Source: Nitrospinota bacterium
GTDB taxonomy: Bacteria > Nitrospinota > Nitrospinia > Nitrospinales > VA-1
Direction of reading: 5' to 3'
DNA length: 61,660 nucleotides
NCBI GenBank assembly: GCA_038108555.1
Contig: JAYNIA010000001.1
Location: forward strand, 1 to 61,660
Shown here: piece by piece, positions 39,052-49,163 of the stretch
How positions within the stretch are numbered: position 1 is the stretch's first letter
Layout: every line of letters begins with the position of its first letter
Made by a program: the position numbers and the translations under genes
The notes under the pieces: model-generated
What the model saw: the letters and a program-made list of their open reading frames with translations, nothing else
What the model was told of the DNA's origin: nothing
Database searches by the model: none

Positions 39052-39981
39052 ATGGACACTCAAGTAGAAATTTCAATCGTAGTTCCCGTTTTCAACGAAG
39101 TGGACTTAATAGAGGAGCTGCTATCGAGGCTCAATAGCGTTTGTGAAGGACTCAATCGAACCTACGAAATTGTTATAGTCGATGATGGCAGCACGGATGG
39201 ATCTTATGAAAAATTAAAGAGGTTACAGTCCAGCAACAACGCACTTCGAATCGTAAAGTTTACCCGGAACTTTGGTCAACAAGCCGCAGTGCTTGCAGGG
39301 TTCAGAGTCAGCAAGGGGGATATCATTGTCCAATTGGATTCTGATTTACAAAATCCTCCAGAGGAAATTCCCAAGCTCCTTGAAGCCATGACCGGGGAGA
39401 TTGATCTGGTTACCACCACACACCGAAAGCGAAGGGACAGTCCGCTTCGCGTCATGGGGTCTCAGGGTCTTTTAAAAATAGGACAATTGCTTTTCGGCAG
39501 TTCGGTTAAATTAAATTTAAGTTCGTTTCGTGCACTTCGCCGTAGTGTGGTTGAAAAAATTGAAGCCTGTAAAGATCGCTCCCGATATATGGCCGTTCTT
39601 ATGAGTTGGATGGGCTTGCCCACCGTAGAGATAGAAGTCGAACACCATGAAAGGAAAAAAGGAAATACCAAGTACAGTTTTTTAAACCTTTTAAAACTGT
39701 CCTGGGATTTAATAACAGGCTATTCCAGCTTCCCTTTACGCATGGTAACGTATATGGGAATGTTTGGTGCATTACTTGGATTTTTAATGATGACATTCCT
39801 TCTTTATCAAAGAATCGTAAATGGAATTCTCATTGAAGGTTTTGTTGTATTGACTGCTGTTTTTGCCTTTTTTGCAGGAGTTCAATTATTGTCCATTGGC
39901 TTTTTGGGAGAATATCTTGGAAGGGTACATCATCAAATTCAAGAGCGCCCAGCCTATATTGTTGAAAAGGTGATCGAATAA
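39052..39981 (+). CDS. GT2 polyprenol-phosphate glycosyltransferase (ArnC/GtrB-like)
   Basis: VVPVFNE, VDDGSTD, RNFGQQAA, LDSDLQNPPE, two C-terminal TMs, GEYLGR. Confidence 0.92.
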   Translation: MDTQVEISIVVPVFNEVDLIEELLSRLNSVCEGLNRTYEIVIVDDGSTDGSYEKLKRLQSSNNALRIVKFTRNFGQQAAVLAGFRVSKGDIIVQLDSDLQNPPEEIPKLLEAMTGEIDLVTTTHRKRRDSPLRVMGSQGLLKIGQLLFGSSVKLNLSSFRALRRSVVEKIEACKDRSRYMAVLMSWMGLPTVEIEVEHHERKKGNTKYSFLNLLKLSWDLITGYSSFPLRMVTYMGMFGALLGFLMMTFLLYQRIVNGILIEGFVVLTAVFAFFAGVQLLSIGFLGEYLGRVHHQIQERPAYIVEKVIE

Positions 39982-40832
39982 TGGAAGTCAAGCCACTCAC
40001 ATCGTTAATCGTTGAACCCACCAACACCTGTAATTTGCGTTGCTCCTTTTGCTTTGTAACAGAAGGGATGACACGGGATGAAGGTTTTCTCGACCTCGAA
40101 TTGTTCAAAAAGATAATCGATGACACTCCTGACCTCGAACATCTTTGCATGCACAATTGGGGAGAACCACTTCTGCATAAAGATATCTTTCAAATGTTCG
40201 ACTATGCGCATCAATCCGGCGTTAAGTATATCGTCATGAACACCAACGGCACTCTTTTAACGGACAAAATCATTGAAAAAATAGTTGCAAGCCCTCTTAA
40301 CATCATCCGGTTTTCCATTGATGGATCAGCTGAAACTTTTAAGAAAATCCGTGGGGTCGAGCTTGAAAAAATTGAAAAAAATATTTTGAAACTGAAAGAA
40401 GCAAAAGAAGAAAAGCGGCCCGAACTGAGCATGGGTGTCGTCTTCACCGTTGAAGAAGGAACCCAGGAAGATGTCGAAGACTATATCAGGCACTGGGAAA
40501 CAATTGTCGACCATGTAAGAACACAACCCAAACTTATTCAGAGCCCCCGGAAAGAACCTTGCCCGGAGCCCTTTGGAAAAGACTATGGGAAACTTGTTGT
40601 CCTTTGGGATGGAACCGTTATTCCCTGTTGTGTCGACTATAACGCCAGCCTTAAATTGGGCAACGCTTATACCGAGCGAGTCATTGATTTATGGAACAAC
40701 ACCGCAATCAATACGCTACGCGAGCAACATGAATCTGGCGACTTCCCGAAAGTTTGCGCGAATTGCAATGAATGCGAAACTTCGAAAACAGACAAGCGGT
40801 TCTTTTATGACAAACTACAGGAAACCATCTGA
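39981..40832 (+). CDS. Radical SAM protein with SPASM/twitch domain
   Basis: CNLRCSFC, WGEPLLH, NTNGTLL; CPEPF...WDGTVIPCC...CANC. Confidence 0.92.
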   Translation: MEVKPLTSLIVEPTNTCNLRCSFCFVTEGMTRDEGFLDLELFKKIIDDTPDLEHLCMHNWGEPLLHKDIFQMFDYAHQSGVKYIVMNTNGTLLTDKIIEKIVASPLNIIRFSIDGSAETFKKIRGVELEKIEKNILKLKEAKEEKRPELSMGVVFTVEEGTQEDVEDYIRHWETIVDHVRTQPKLIQSPRKEPCPEPFGKDYGKLVVLWDGTVIPCCVDYNASLKLGNAYTERVIDLWNNTAINTLREQHESGDFPKVCANCNECETSKTDKRFFYDKLQETI

Positions 40833-40843
40833 ATTCCCTTATT

Positions 40844-41638
40844 ATGACATCGGCCCTGCTTAAGGAAAAAATACTCGAAGAAAATCGCCGCGTCCATGCA
40901 CTTGAAAACCAGCTCTATCTATCCCGCCATCCTGAGCAAACCAATTTTTTCCAGAATGGAATTGTCGAGAACACACTCAATCAAATCTGCTCACAACTTA
41001 AAACAGACGCAAAAATACTCGACTTGGGATGTGGAACTGGTTATTTGTTTTTAAGGTTTCTACGAAGAGGATTCGATGTTACAGGATTAGATCTTTCAAA
41101 TGAAATGATCCAGGTACTGAGAAACTCTGTTCCTGAAAATGAGGCCGACCGCGCCCATCTTGAAGTGGGGGATGTAGAAAGTTTTATTGAAAACAATAAA
41201 GAAGATTTTGATCTGATTGTTTTTTCCGCCGTGCTTCACCATTTATTTGACTATCAATCAGTTTTAAAAAGAACATGCCAAAGGCTCAGTTGTGGGAAAA
41301 AGATTCTGGTATTTTTTGAGCCTTTGAAACAACCCGTCGCCCCTTCTTTACGATACACCTTGCATAGAGGACTTTCGTGGGTGGATGAAAAATCATACCG
41401 GATGGAAATGGGAATTCGAAATATCCCACTCCTTGAAGATGAGTATCACCATTCAGACTATCAACGGCAATTTGGGGGAATTGATCCTAATGACGTTGAA
41501 AAAATTCTGGCTGAAGAAAATTTTTCAATTGAAAAAGTTGAAAAGTACTGTGCCCGGAGGTTTGGTGTCAATGCGTGGTTGGCGAACCGAATTCTTCAAA
41601 CTCAAAACACGTTTAATATTTTAGCAGTAAAAGATTAA
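40844..41638 (+). CDS. Class I SAM-dependent methyltransferase
   Basis: ILDLGCGTG, GLDLS, FDLIVFSAVLHH. Confidence 0.9.
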   Translation: MTSALLKEKILEENRRVHALENQLYLSRHPEQTNFFQNGIVENTLNQICSQLKTDAKILDLGCGTGYLFLRFLRRGFDVTGLDLSNEMIQVLRNSVPENEADRAHLEVGDVESFIENNKEDFDLIVFSAVLHHLFDYQSVLKRTCQRLSCGKKILVFFEPLKQPVAPSLRYTLHRGLSWVDEKSYRMEMGIRNIPLLEDEYHHSDYQRQFGGIDPNDVEKILAEENFSIEKVEKYCARRFGVNAWLANRILQTQNTFNILAVKD

Positions 41639-42825
41639 TCGGTATTTCCTGCACCCATTTTGTCCAGCGAAATCCCCAGGTTTCGTGCCAGGGTCTGGGA
41701 AAGTTCACTCTCTTCCGGATTATCAATTTCCAAAAACGATATCCCGATATCAAAATGGGATTCAAACCTTTCAACTCGGGCAACCTGGGCTTTAACATTT
41801 ATGGGTTTAGCGTGATCTTTTATAGAAAGTTGAATTTCTACCTGTTCACCGATTTCAAATGAGATTGGGCTTTCGAAAAGAATTCCAGAAGAACTGACAT
41901 TGATTACTGGAACATCAAGGTCACTCGATTTGCTGGTTTGAGTTACAGATTTAACCTGAACCTCACCGGCGAAATCAATTCTCAGGTAATGCCTTTTTTC
42001 AAAATCATGAATTAATATTCGATTTCTTCCGCTTTCCTTTGCCTGGTATAGAGCCACATCCGCCGCTTGAACCAGTTCATGGATTTCTTTACCATCAGAA
42101 GGATAAGAGGCGATGCCCCCGCTCAATGTCACACTGAACTTTGTCCCTTCGAATTCCAGGACCGTTTCTTCCACCTTTTTTCGAATTCTTTCTGCAATCA
42201 CCAGTGCATTTATTTTTTCGGTTTCAGGAAGAATTAAAACCAGTTCTTCCCCACCATAACGACACGCTGTATCTTCTGTGCGCTTCATGGTCTGAAGAAT
42301 TTCGGCAACCACCTTGAGAGTTAAATCTCCTGCCTGATGACCATATGTATCGTTGAGTTTTTTAAAATGGTCGAGATCAATAAAGAAAACAGAAAAGGTA
42401 CTGTTATATCTTTGCGCCCGGTTCTTCTCCCCCTGAAGGGCTTCATCAAAATACCGACGGTTAAATAGTCCCGTTAATCCATCTGAATGAGATTGTTTCT
42501 TAGTCTCTTCTAAAATCTGCAATTCAATAATTGCCGGCGTGCTGATATTTTTTTCAATATCACTGAAGTAGTAACAAACCGCCGTCATCAAGCTGACGGA
42601 ATGTCCCAGTTTTTTTTTTAAATTGTTTTTGTGCTCAACAATTTTTTCCCAATTTTTTCTGGCATCTTCAGGACTGAAATCAAGCTGGGTTAAAACATTT
42701 AGGAGGGTAACGTAAACAAGCTCGCCTTCCTCATTTGCCAGTGAGGAAATAGAACTAAAAAAATCCGTATTTCCGTTTTTACTGGAGCTTAGGGAGTCGA
42801 TTACTTTTTGTCTTAAATCAGACAT
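41635..42825 (-). CDS. Diguanylate cyclase with C-terminal PilZ domain
   Basis: DGLTGLFNRR, DLDHFKKLNDTYGH, RTED I-site, RYGGEEL; PilZ motifs RHYLR and NVSSSG. Confidence 0.92.
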   Translation of the reverse strand: MSDLRQKVIDSLSSSKNGNTDFFSSISSLANEEGELVYVTLLNVLTQLDFSPEDARKNWEKIVEHKNNLKKKLGHSVSLMTAVCYYFSDIEKNISTPAIIELQILEETKKQSHSDGLTGLFNRRYFDEALQGEKNRAQRYNSTFSVFFIDLDHFKKLNDTYGHQAGDLTLKVVAEILQTMKRTEDTACRYGGEELVLILPETEKINALVIAERIRKKVEETVLEFEGTKFSVTLSGGIASYPSDGKEIHELVQAADVALYQAKESGRNRILIHDFEKRHYLRIDFAGEVQVKSVTQTSKSSDLDVPVINVSSSGILFESPISFEIGEQVEIQLSIKDHAKPINVKAQVARVERFESHFDIGISFLEIDNPEESELSQTLARNLGISLDKMGAGNTD

Positions 42826-42980
42826 TACAATTCACTAATCCATATTCAATCATACTGGAAGGTAATTTTGATCATATCATTCAAAACAAGAAAAGCAATA
42901 GGCCAGAAGCGATTGATTTCGCTATTAATAATTACTATCAATGTTTATCTTTGCGGAACAATAAGAAGCGGGATTATTTT

Positions 42981-44336
42981 TCAAACAATTTCAAGAACTT
43001 TCATTCCGGTTAACGTGGTGGACTTTTGCAGGGCATCCTCTCCTCTCGGTGAGAGTTTATTTCCAGCGACATTTAAAAATTCTAATCCCGCCAGGTTTTT
43101 GGAATTTGCGAGATAAACAGCACCTTCGTCTTCAATAACGTTTAACGCCAGGACCAGTCGTTTCAAGCTGACAAGGTTTTTGGATTCCGAAATAGCTTTG
43201 GCACCGGATGCATGGATCCAGTTTTCATTTTCTATGGAAAGGGTTTCTAAATTTAACAAGGTGGATGAACTGGCAAGAGCCTGCGCCCCCTTATCGGATA
43301 TATTATTATTGTTGAGCCTCAAATATTTTAGCGAAGAACAATTGGGTGAGTTGGCAAGCGCCGCTGCCCCATCATGATTCAGTTTGTTTTCGCCCAGATC
43401 CAGATTTTCCAGAACCCTCATATTGGATGAATCGGCAAGGGCCATTGCACCTTCAGCGCGCAAATCATTGTTGTTCAAATCAAGTGTTTGTAATCGTGTT
43501 ATGGTTTTGGATTTTGAAAGTGAGATGGCACTATCTGTTGTTAAACCATTATTATGCATGACCAGTTTCTCAAGCTTTTCAAACAAAGGAGATTCAGCCA
43601 TGGCATACACGCCATCATCACCAACATGGTTGTTACTGAGAATCAAGGTTTTCAAATTTGGAAATACGTTGGAATGACAAAGTGCCTCCATTCCCACCTC
43701 TGTCAAACTATTGTCAGAAAAATTCAGTGTAGTCAGGGATTCAAGCGGGGAAGCCTTTGCCAAATACTTTAAACCCTCATCGCCAATACCCGTATCCCTT
43801 AAATTCAACTCGGTGAACTGCTGGCACAAGGGCGAGTCAACAAGGGATTTGATTCCCAGACCTTCAAGACGGTTATAAGATAAATCAAGCCGCTTCAGGT
43901 TATTTAAACCCTGCGATAATGAAAGCACTTTTGCTCCCAAAGAACCCAACTCGTTACTGGAAAGGTCAAGATTTTCAAGATGAGTCAGGGTCGAACACTT
44001 GGAAAGAAAAAAAATGGCCTCGTCATCCAGGTTGTTATTTGCCAGGGTGAGAGTCTCAAGATTCGAGAATGATCCAGAGCCACATAGAGGCTGTAGACCG
44101 GATGAATTAAGGCTGGTCTGATTCAGGCTTAGATGCTTTAGTTCTTTTAGAGGTTGGAATCCCGAAATAGCCTTAAAATCTTCTTCGGTTAATTTGCATC
44201 CATTCAGGTCCAGCCTTTTTTTATCTGCACTGCTTTTTTCCTGAATCAAAGTTCCCAGGTCGGGATTTTCCGTATACTTTTCAAAATACCTCAGAAAATC
44301 GAGGCTATCATCAATGTCTTTGGCTTCGGTCATCAA
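42981..44336 (-). CDS. Leucine-rich repeat protein (about 15 x 27 aa, RI-like)
   Basis: Tandem LxxLxLxxNxLxxxGxxxLxxS units across nearly the whole protein. Confidence 0.92.
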   Translation of the reverse strand: MMTEAKDIDDSLDFLRYFEKYTENPDLGTLIQEKSSADKKRLDLNGCKLTEEDFKAISGFQPLKELKHLSLNQTSLNSSGLQPLCGSGSFSNLETLTLANNNLDDEAIFFLSKCSTLTHLENLDLSSNELGSLGAKVLSLSQGLNNLKRLDLSYNRLEGLGIKSLVDSPLCQQFTELNLRDTGIGDEGLKYLAKASPLESLTTLNFSDNSLTEVGMEALCHSNVFPNLKTLILSNNHVGDDGVYAMAESPLFEKLEKLVMHNNGLTTDSAISLSKSKTITRLQTLDLNNNDLRAEGAMALADSSNMRVLENLDLGENKLNHDGAAALANSPNCSSLKYLRLNNNNISDKGAQALASSSTLLNLETLSIENENWIHASGAKAISESKNLVSLKRLVLALNVIEDEGAVYLANSKNLAGLEFLNVAGNKLSPRGEDALQKSTTLTGMKVLEIV

Positions 44337-44424
44337 ATTTTCCTTTTTTTAGAGGGCTTGATTATACACCATTGCACCTCTGACAAAAGGAAAGTGATCC
44401 CCGTGGGATTTTAGGAAAGATGGA

Positions 44425-47400
44425 TTAATTAAAATGAACGGAAACGGCCTTGGAAACCCCTTTTTCTTCCATGGTGATTCCATAGAGTGCGTTCGCAAAA
44501 GTCATTGTTTTCTGGTTATGCGTGATGATGATGAACTGGGTGTTGACCGCCATCTCTTTAAGCATTTCCTGAAAACGAACCACATTTGCTTCATCAAGGG
44601 GGGCATCTACTTCATCAAGAAGGCAGAAGGGACTGGGGCGAACTTTAAATACGGCAAACATCAGGGCGATAGCCGTCATCGATTTTTCACCACCGGAAAG
44701 GAGAGAAAGGTTCTGCAAACTTTTTCCTATGGGATTTGCAGTTATTTCAATTCCCGAATCAAGAGGGTTAGCTTCATCCATCAAGGACAGCTCGGCCTTG
44801 CCCCCTTGAAACAAACGTGCAAACACTTCTTTGAAATTCTGGTTTACTTTATCAAACGTATCCAAAAACCTTTGCTGAGTTGTACAATTTATCTTCTCAA
44901 TTGTTGAATGCAACAACTCGATAGACTCTGCCAGGTCGTCCTGCTGTTCTTTAAGAAAGGAGTATCGTTCGTTGGTTTTTTCAAACTCGGACAAAGCGGC
45001 CAGATTCACTTCGCCGAGACGCGACAGTTTTTCCTTCAGTTCTTTGACAGACCCTTCGATTTCATTTTCTATAATAGTTTCATCATAAGCTGCAGCCAAC
45101 TCTTCGCGGGTTGCATTGAACTCTTCATAGGCACGCTCTTCAATATGTGCATTTTGAAGCCGTGTTTCTGAGCGTTTGATCTCTATTTGAGATAGCGCTT
45201 CGGTAATTTCCTGAAGCTTGCGCGACAACTCGCGGATGTCTTGATCCATTTGTTTCTGGGCATCTTCATTTTCTCTAAGCTTTTCCTCTTCTTTTACTGC
45301 GTTGTTGCTGAGAGTGTCTTTTTCCCGGGTGTGCTTTAAAACCCTTTCTTCCAACACCGCCACATCGTTATCGATCTCCACGATTCGGTCCTGGTTGGAG
45401 ACTTTATCAGCTTCACGCTTTTCAATCTGCTGCTCCAGGTTTTGCTGTTGCAACTCGAGTCGTTTGATTTCCGTTAGAATATTTTCCCGTCGGCCAATCA
45501 AAGAGGTTATCAAAACTTTCAATCCACTGATCTCAACCGATTTTTCTTCCAGCGCTTTCCGGCTTTCTTCCAACTTATTTCTTTCCTCAGACAACAACTC
45601 TTCCTCGGCCTGGCTCTTTTGTTCCATTGCCTGTAGCTTTTCACTCAACAAGCTTTTTTCGTTTTCCAGCGCCTGAAGTTCCCCGCTTAAAGACATTGAT
45701 TCAGAGTCCAGACTTGAGGACTGATTCTCGAGTCTCTGGACCTCTTGCCTCAATTGCTCCAGATCGCGGAGGCTGTTATTGTTGACCAGTTCTTTCTGGT
45801 GGACTTCTTCGCTTTTCTGTTTCAACTCACCTTCCAATTCCAACAGGGCCCTTTTTCCCGACTCAATCTTTACCTGCGATTCTTCCAGCTCTACCTTGAG
45901 GCTCTTAACACTTTCGGAAAGGTTTTCGATTTCCCGATTCCTTGCAAGCAAGCGTGAAGATTCACTCTTTACAGAACCCCCGGTGATAAAACCATTGGGC
46001 TCTATCATTTCCCCATTCAAGGTCACAACCGTCCCCTGGAATTCAGGAGTCTGATGCAGATGCATTGCAACGTCCATATCCTGAACAATAACAACATTCC
46101 TTAGTAGCAGCTCGATGACCGGTTTGTAGTCTTCCGCGCAGTTTATGAAATTAAGGGCTTTCCCAACCACCCCCTGTGTTCCATTCAAATACAGGGGTGC
46201 ACTGGGGGTTTCTTTAGGATTCAATGGAACAAACAGTCCCCGACCGGAATCATTACTTTTAAGGTAGCCAATGGCTTCCATTGAATCCGAATAGGAATTC
46301 ACAATGACACTTTGCAGCTTATCCCCCAAAGCTGTTTCAATGGCGGCTTCATATTCAGCGGGAGTCTGCAGAACATCAACCAATACTTCGCGAAGGCCCG
46401 GAATCCTTTCCCCATTTTGCTGGCTCATGAGGGATTTGATTCCCTCGTTAAAACCTTCAAACTGCGTACGCAATTTTTCCAAGGAGTTCAAAAGGGAGGC
46501 TTTATTAAAATAGGCTTCCTTTCTTTCACTATGGGCATCCATCTGAGCCTGGTTCTGATTGGAACTTTCGAGAACCCTCTGTTTCAAAATTTCCTGCTGG
46601 TCCTTAAGTTGCTTCAATTCATCGTTATTGCTTTGGCAAATATTTTCCCGCTCTTGTAAAGTGGATTGACTCCCCTGAATGAGATTTCGAATTTCCTCTT
46701 TTTCTTTTAAAAGATTTTGTTTGCGCGACTCAATTCCCTGGCATTTGGTTTCCAACTCGGTGAGCTTGTTTTTGGATCCTGCTGATTCCTGGAATAACTC
46801 AAAAACCTTTCTTTCTCCCGATTGCACCCGTTCCTGAATTTCCTGAAGAGCATCTCTTTTCTGGTCGCTCTCTTCTTTTAATTTCTCAAGAGCCATCTCC
46901 TGGCTGTTTATCTCACTGGATGTCTCGCCCAGTTTTTGCCTTTGCTCTCCTGTCTGACGCGATAAATCTTCAACCTCTTCACTCATGCTCGTAATCTCAT
47001 CAGTGGCCGCTTCAATATCTTCCCTGGCTTCAGCTTGCTGTTCTTTTTTGAAAGCAATGGTTTGCTCACCATTACTGATCTGAGAAGTGAGTTGGTGAAT
47101 ATCTTCCCGCAGTCTATTCAAACGGTTCAACGATTCTTCGATTTCAATATTAAGTTTGGCGATTTGGTTTTCGAAGGTCGCGTGCCGGGCGCTCCATTCC
47201 GTTTTCTTTTCCGTTTGCTCTTCCAGTTCCTGCTCTATTGTTTTTAACTGGGCCTGGAACCTTTTGATTTTCACCGCATAGAGCTTCAACGAAAGGACTT
47301 TGATTTCCGCTTTAAAGTTTTTATACTTTTCGGCTTTGGCTGCCTGGCGCTTCAGGGATTCCACCTGACGATGCAATTCCTGAACAATGTCGGCAACGCG

Positions 47401-47982
47401 TTCGAGATTTTGGCGCGAGCTATCTAGTTTTCGTACTGCGTCATTTTTCCGGCTTTTAAACTTGAGGATTCCGGCAGCCTCCTCTATCAAAATTCGCCGT
47501 TCCTCAGGTTTGGAGGTGATAATATCCTGAATATGCCCCTGCTCAATAATGGTAAGGACCTTGGGACTGATCCCCGCATCCAGAAGAAAATCTGTGATAT
47601 CTTTCAGCCGGCAAGGGATTTGATTGATATAAAACTCACTTTCACCCGAACGGTGATAGCATCGTGTCACCTTGACGTCTTCGGCTATATTGGGAACCCC
47701 GGCAATACGAATTCCCGCAGGAACATTTGAAAGAGTAATCGAAATTTCTGCACGATTGAGCGGCTTGCGGCTGCCACTCCCATTAAAAATCAGGTCGGTT
47801 ATTCGCGTGCTCCGCAAAGTTTTGGATCTTTGCTCACCAATAGCCCAGCGAATGGCATCGGAGACATTACTTTTTCCGCAGCCATTGGGACCCACAATAG
47901 CGGTAAAACCATTTTTGAATTCCAGATTGGTGGAATCGGCAAAGGATTTGAATCCTTCCAATTCAAGATTTTTCAGGTACAT
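44425..47982 (-). CDS. smc: Chromosome segregation protein SMC
   Basis: GFKSF, GPNGCGKSN, coiled coils with hinge, LSGGEKS, LLDEVDAPLD, ITH. Confidence 0.97.
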   Translation of the reverse strand: MYLKNLELEGFKSFADSTNLEFKNGFTAIVGPNGCGKSNVSDAIRWAIGEQRSKTLRSTRITDLIFNGSGSRKPLNRAEISITLSNVPAGIRIAGVPNIAEDVKVTRCYHRSGESEFYINQIPCRLKDITDFLLDAGISPKVLTIIEQGHIQDIITSKPEERRILIEEAAGILKFKSRKNDAVRKLDSSRQNLERVADIVQELHRQVESLKRQAAKAEKYKNFKAEIKVLSLKLYAVKIKRFQAQLKTIEQELEEQTEKKTEWSARHATFENQIAKLNIEIEESLNRLNRLREDIHQLTSQISNGEQTIAFKKEQQAEAREDIEAATDEITSMSEEVEDLSRQTGEQRQKLGETSSEINSQEMALEKLKEESDQKRDALQEIQERVQSGERKVFELFQESAGSKNKLTELETKCQGIESRKQNLLKEKEEIRNLIQGSQSTLQERENICQSNNDELKQLKDQQEILKQRVLESSNQNQAQMDAHSERKEAYFNKASLLNSLEKLRTQFEGFNEGIKSLMSQQNGERIPGLREVLVDVLQTPAEYEAAIETALGDKLQSVIVNSYSDSMEAIGYLKSNDSGRGLFVPLNPKETPSAPLYLNGTQGVVGKALNFINCAEDYKPVIELLLRNVVIVQDMDVAMHLHQTPEFQGTVVTLNGEMIEPNGFITGGSVKSESSRLLARNREIENLSESVKSLKVELEESQVKIESGKRALLELEGELKQKSEEVHQKELVNNNSLRDLEQLRQEVQRLENQSSSLDSESMSLSGELQALENEKSLLSEKLQAMEQKSQAEEELLSEERNKLEESRKALEEKSVEISGLKVLITSLIGRRENILTEIKRLELQQQNLEQQIEKREADKVSNQDRIVEIDNDVAVLEERVLKHTREKDTLSNNAVKEEEKLRENEDAQKQMDQDIRELSRKLQEITEALSQIEIKRSETRLQNAHIEERAYEEFNATREELAAAYDETIIENEIEGSVKELKEKLSRLGEVNLAALSEFEKTNERYSFLKEQQDDLAESIELLHSTIEKINCTTQQRFLDTFDKVNQNFKEVFARLFQGGKAELSLMDEANPLDSGIEITANPIGKSLQNLSLLSGGEKSMTAIALMFAVFKVRPSPFCLLDEVDAPLDEANVVRFQEMLKEMAVNTQFIIITHNQKTMTFANALYGITMEEKGVSKAVSVHFN

Positions 47983-48074
47983 ATGAAGCTAAAACCCTGT
48001 AATTATTATGTTTTATATATTCCTGGCAACTCAGAGAAGATTAGCCCAAACCCCAAGTATTGTAAAGGGAAATT

Positions 48075-48121
48075 ATACAATGTTTGGTATACTTAGGTTT
48101 TTAAGGCACAATATGTTGTGG
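48075..48121. promoter_or_regulatory. Tandem NrdR-like boxes between smc and the arsC-family gene
   Basis: ATACAATGTTTGGTAT (48075-48090) and GCACAATATGTTGTGG (48106-48121), 31 bp apart, versus consensus acaCwAtATaTwGtg. Confidence 0.65.
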
Positions 48122-48233
48122 TATTGAGGGATTATCGGTAACGCATTGTTTTTTAAGCTCCAGCCCAAATTTCGGTATTTTTTTGGGCCAATTTACCTCA
48201 TATATTTCAAGAAATTAATTTAGGGAGTATTTT

Positions 48234-48584
48234 TTGATGAAGCTATATTCTTACAGCAAATGCGGAACATGCAGGAACGCCATCAAGGATCTGGAGAAAA
48301 AGAAATTGAAATTTGAAATAATTGATATCACTGAAAAGCCACCGAGCAAAAAGATCCTCAAGTCCGCGATCAAGGCAAAAGGGCTTCAAAAAGTTTTCAA
48401 CACCAGTGGCGTACAATATCGTGAGCTAAAAATTAAAGATAAATTGAAATCAATGACTGAAACTGAGGCCATTGACCTGCTCGCTTCAAACGGTCGCTTA
48501 ATAAAAAGACCCATCGCAGTAGATAAAGATAAAATAACGGTAGGCTATAACGCGGATGAGTTCAAACAGATCTGGGGGAAATAA
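48234..48584 (+). CDS. ArsC/Spx/YffB-family thioredoxin-fold protein
   Basis: CGTCRNA, FNTSGVQYREL, LIKRPI. Confidence 0.9.
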   Translation: MMKLYSYSKCGTCRNAIKDLEKKKLKFEIIDITEKPPSKKILKSAIKAKGLQKVFNTSGVQYRELKIKDKLKSMTETEAIDLLASNGRLIKRPIAVDKDKITVGYNADEFKQIWGK

Positions 48585-48596
48585 TCTTTTTTAAAG

Positions 48597-49151
48597 ATGG
48601 ATTTATTTTTAATCACAACCAAACTTAAGAATGAGTTTCCCCTGGCAAATTCAGCCACCGAACCGCACCCCCAAAAGGCGGCCATTCTGGTCATGCTTTA
48701 TCCAAAGCACAACAAAACCCATGTGCTAATGACCAAAAGAGCCCTCCATTTAAAATCACATGCTGGGGAAATCGGTTTCCCGGGCGGAGTGTTTGAAGAA
48801 GATGAAGATGAAAATTTGCTGGCAACCGCTCTCCGCGAAACTCATGAAGAAGTCGGCGCCCAGGTTGAACCTTCGAAAGTGATTGCCCAGCTTCCGATAG
48901 TCAGTACCCGTTTGGGTTTCGAAATCACACCCTTCGTTTCTGTATTATCCGAAGCCCCGGAATTAAAGCTTGAGGAAGATGAGGTGGAGGAGGTTTTGGA
49001 AATTCCCTTCACCTCACTTTTGGCCACTCAACAAAGAGATGTCGGGTTCAGTCCGGAGCAGGACATGGTGATGTATTGGTATAAACATCACCGGATATGG
49101 GGAGCCTCGGCCAAAATATTGCGGGAAATTCAGATTCTAAGCGTTTACTAA
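48597..49151 (+). CDS. Nudix hydrolase, CoA pyrophosphatase family
   Basis: LMTKRALHLKSHAGEIGFPGG, TALRETHEEVG Nudix box, IWGASA. Confidence 0.92.
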   Translation: MDLFLITTKLKNEFPLANSATEPHPQKAAILVMLYPKHNKTHVLMTKRALHLKSHAGEIGFPGGVFEEDEDENLLATALRETHEEVGAQVEPSKVIAQLPIVSTRLGFEITPFVSVLSEAPELKLEEDEVEEVLEIPFTSLLATQQRDVGFSPEQDMVMYWYKHHRIWGASAKILREIQILSVY

Positions 49152-49163
49152 AATTAATCCATT

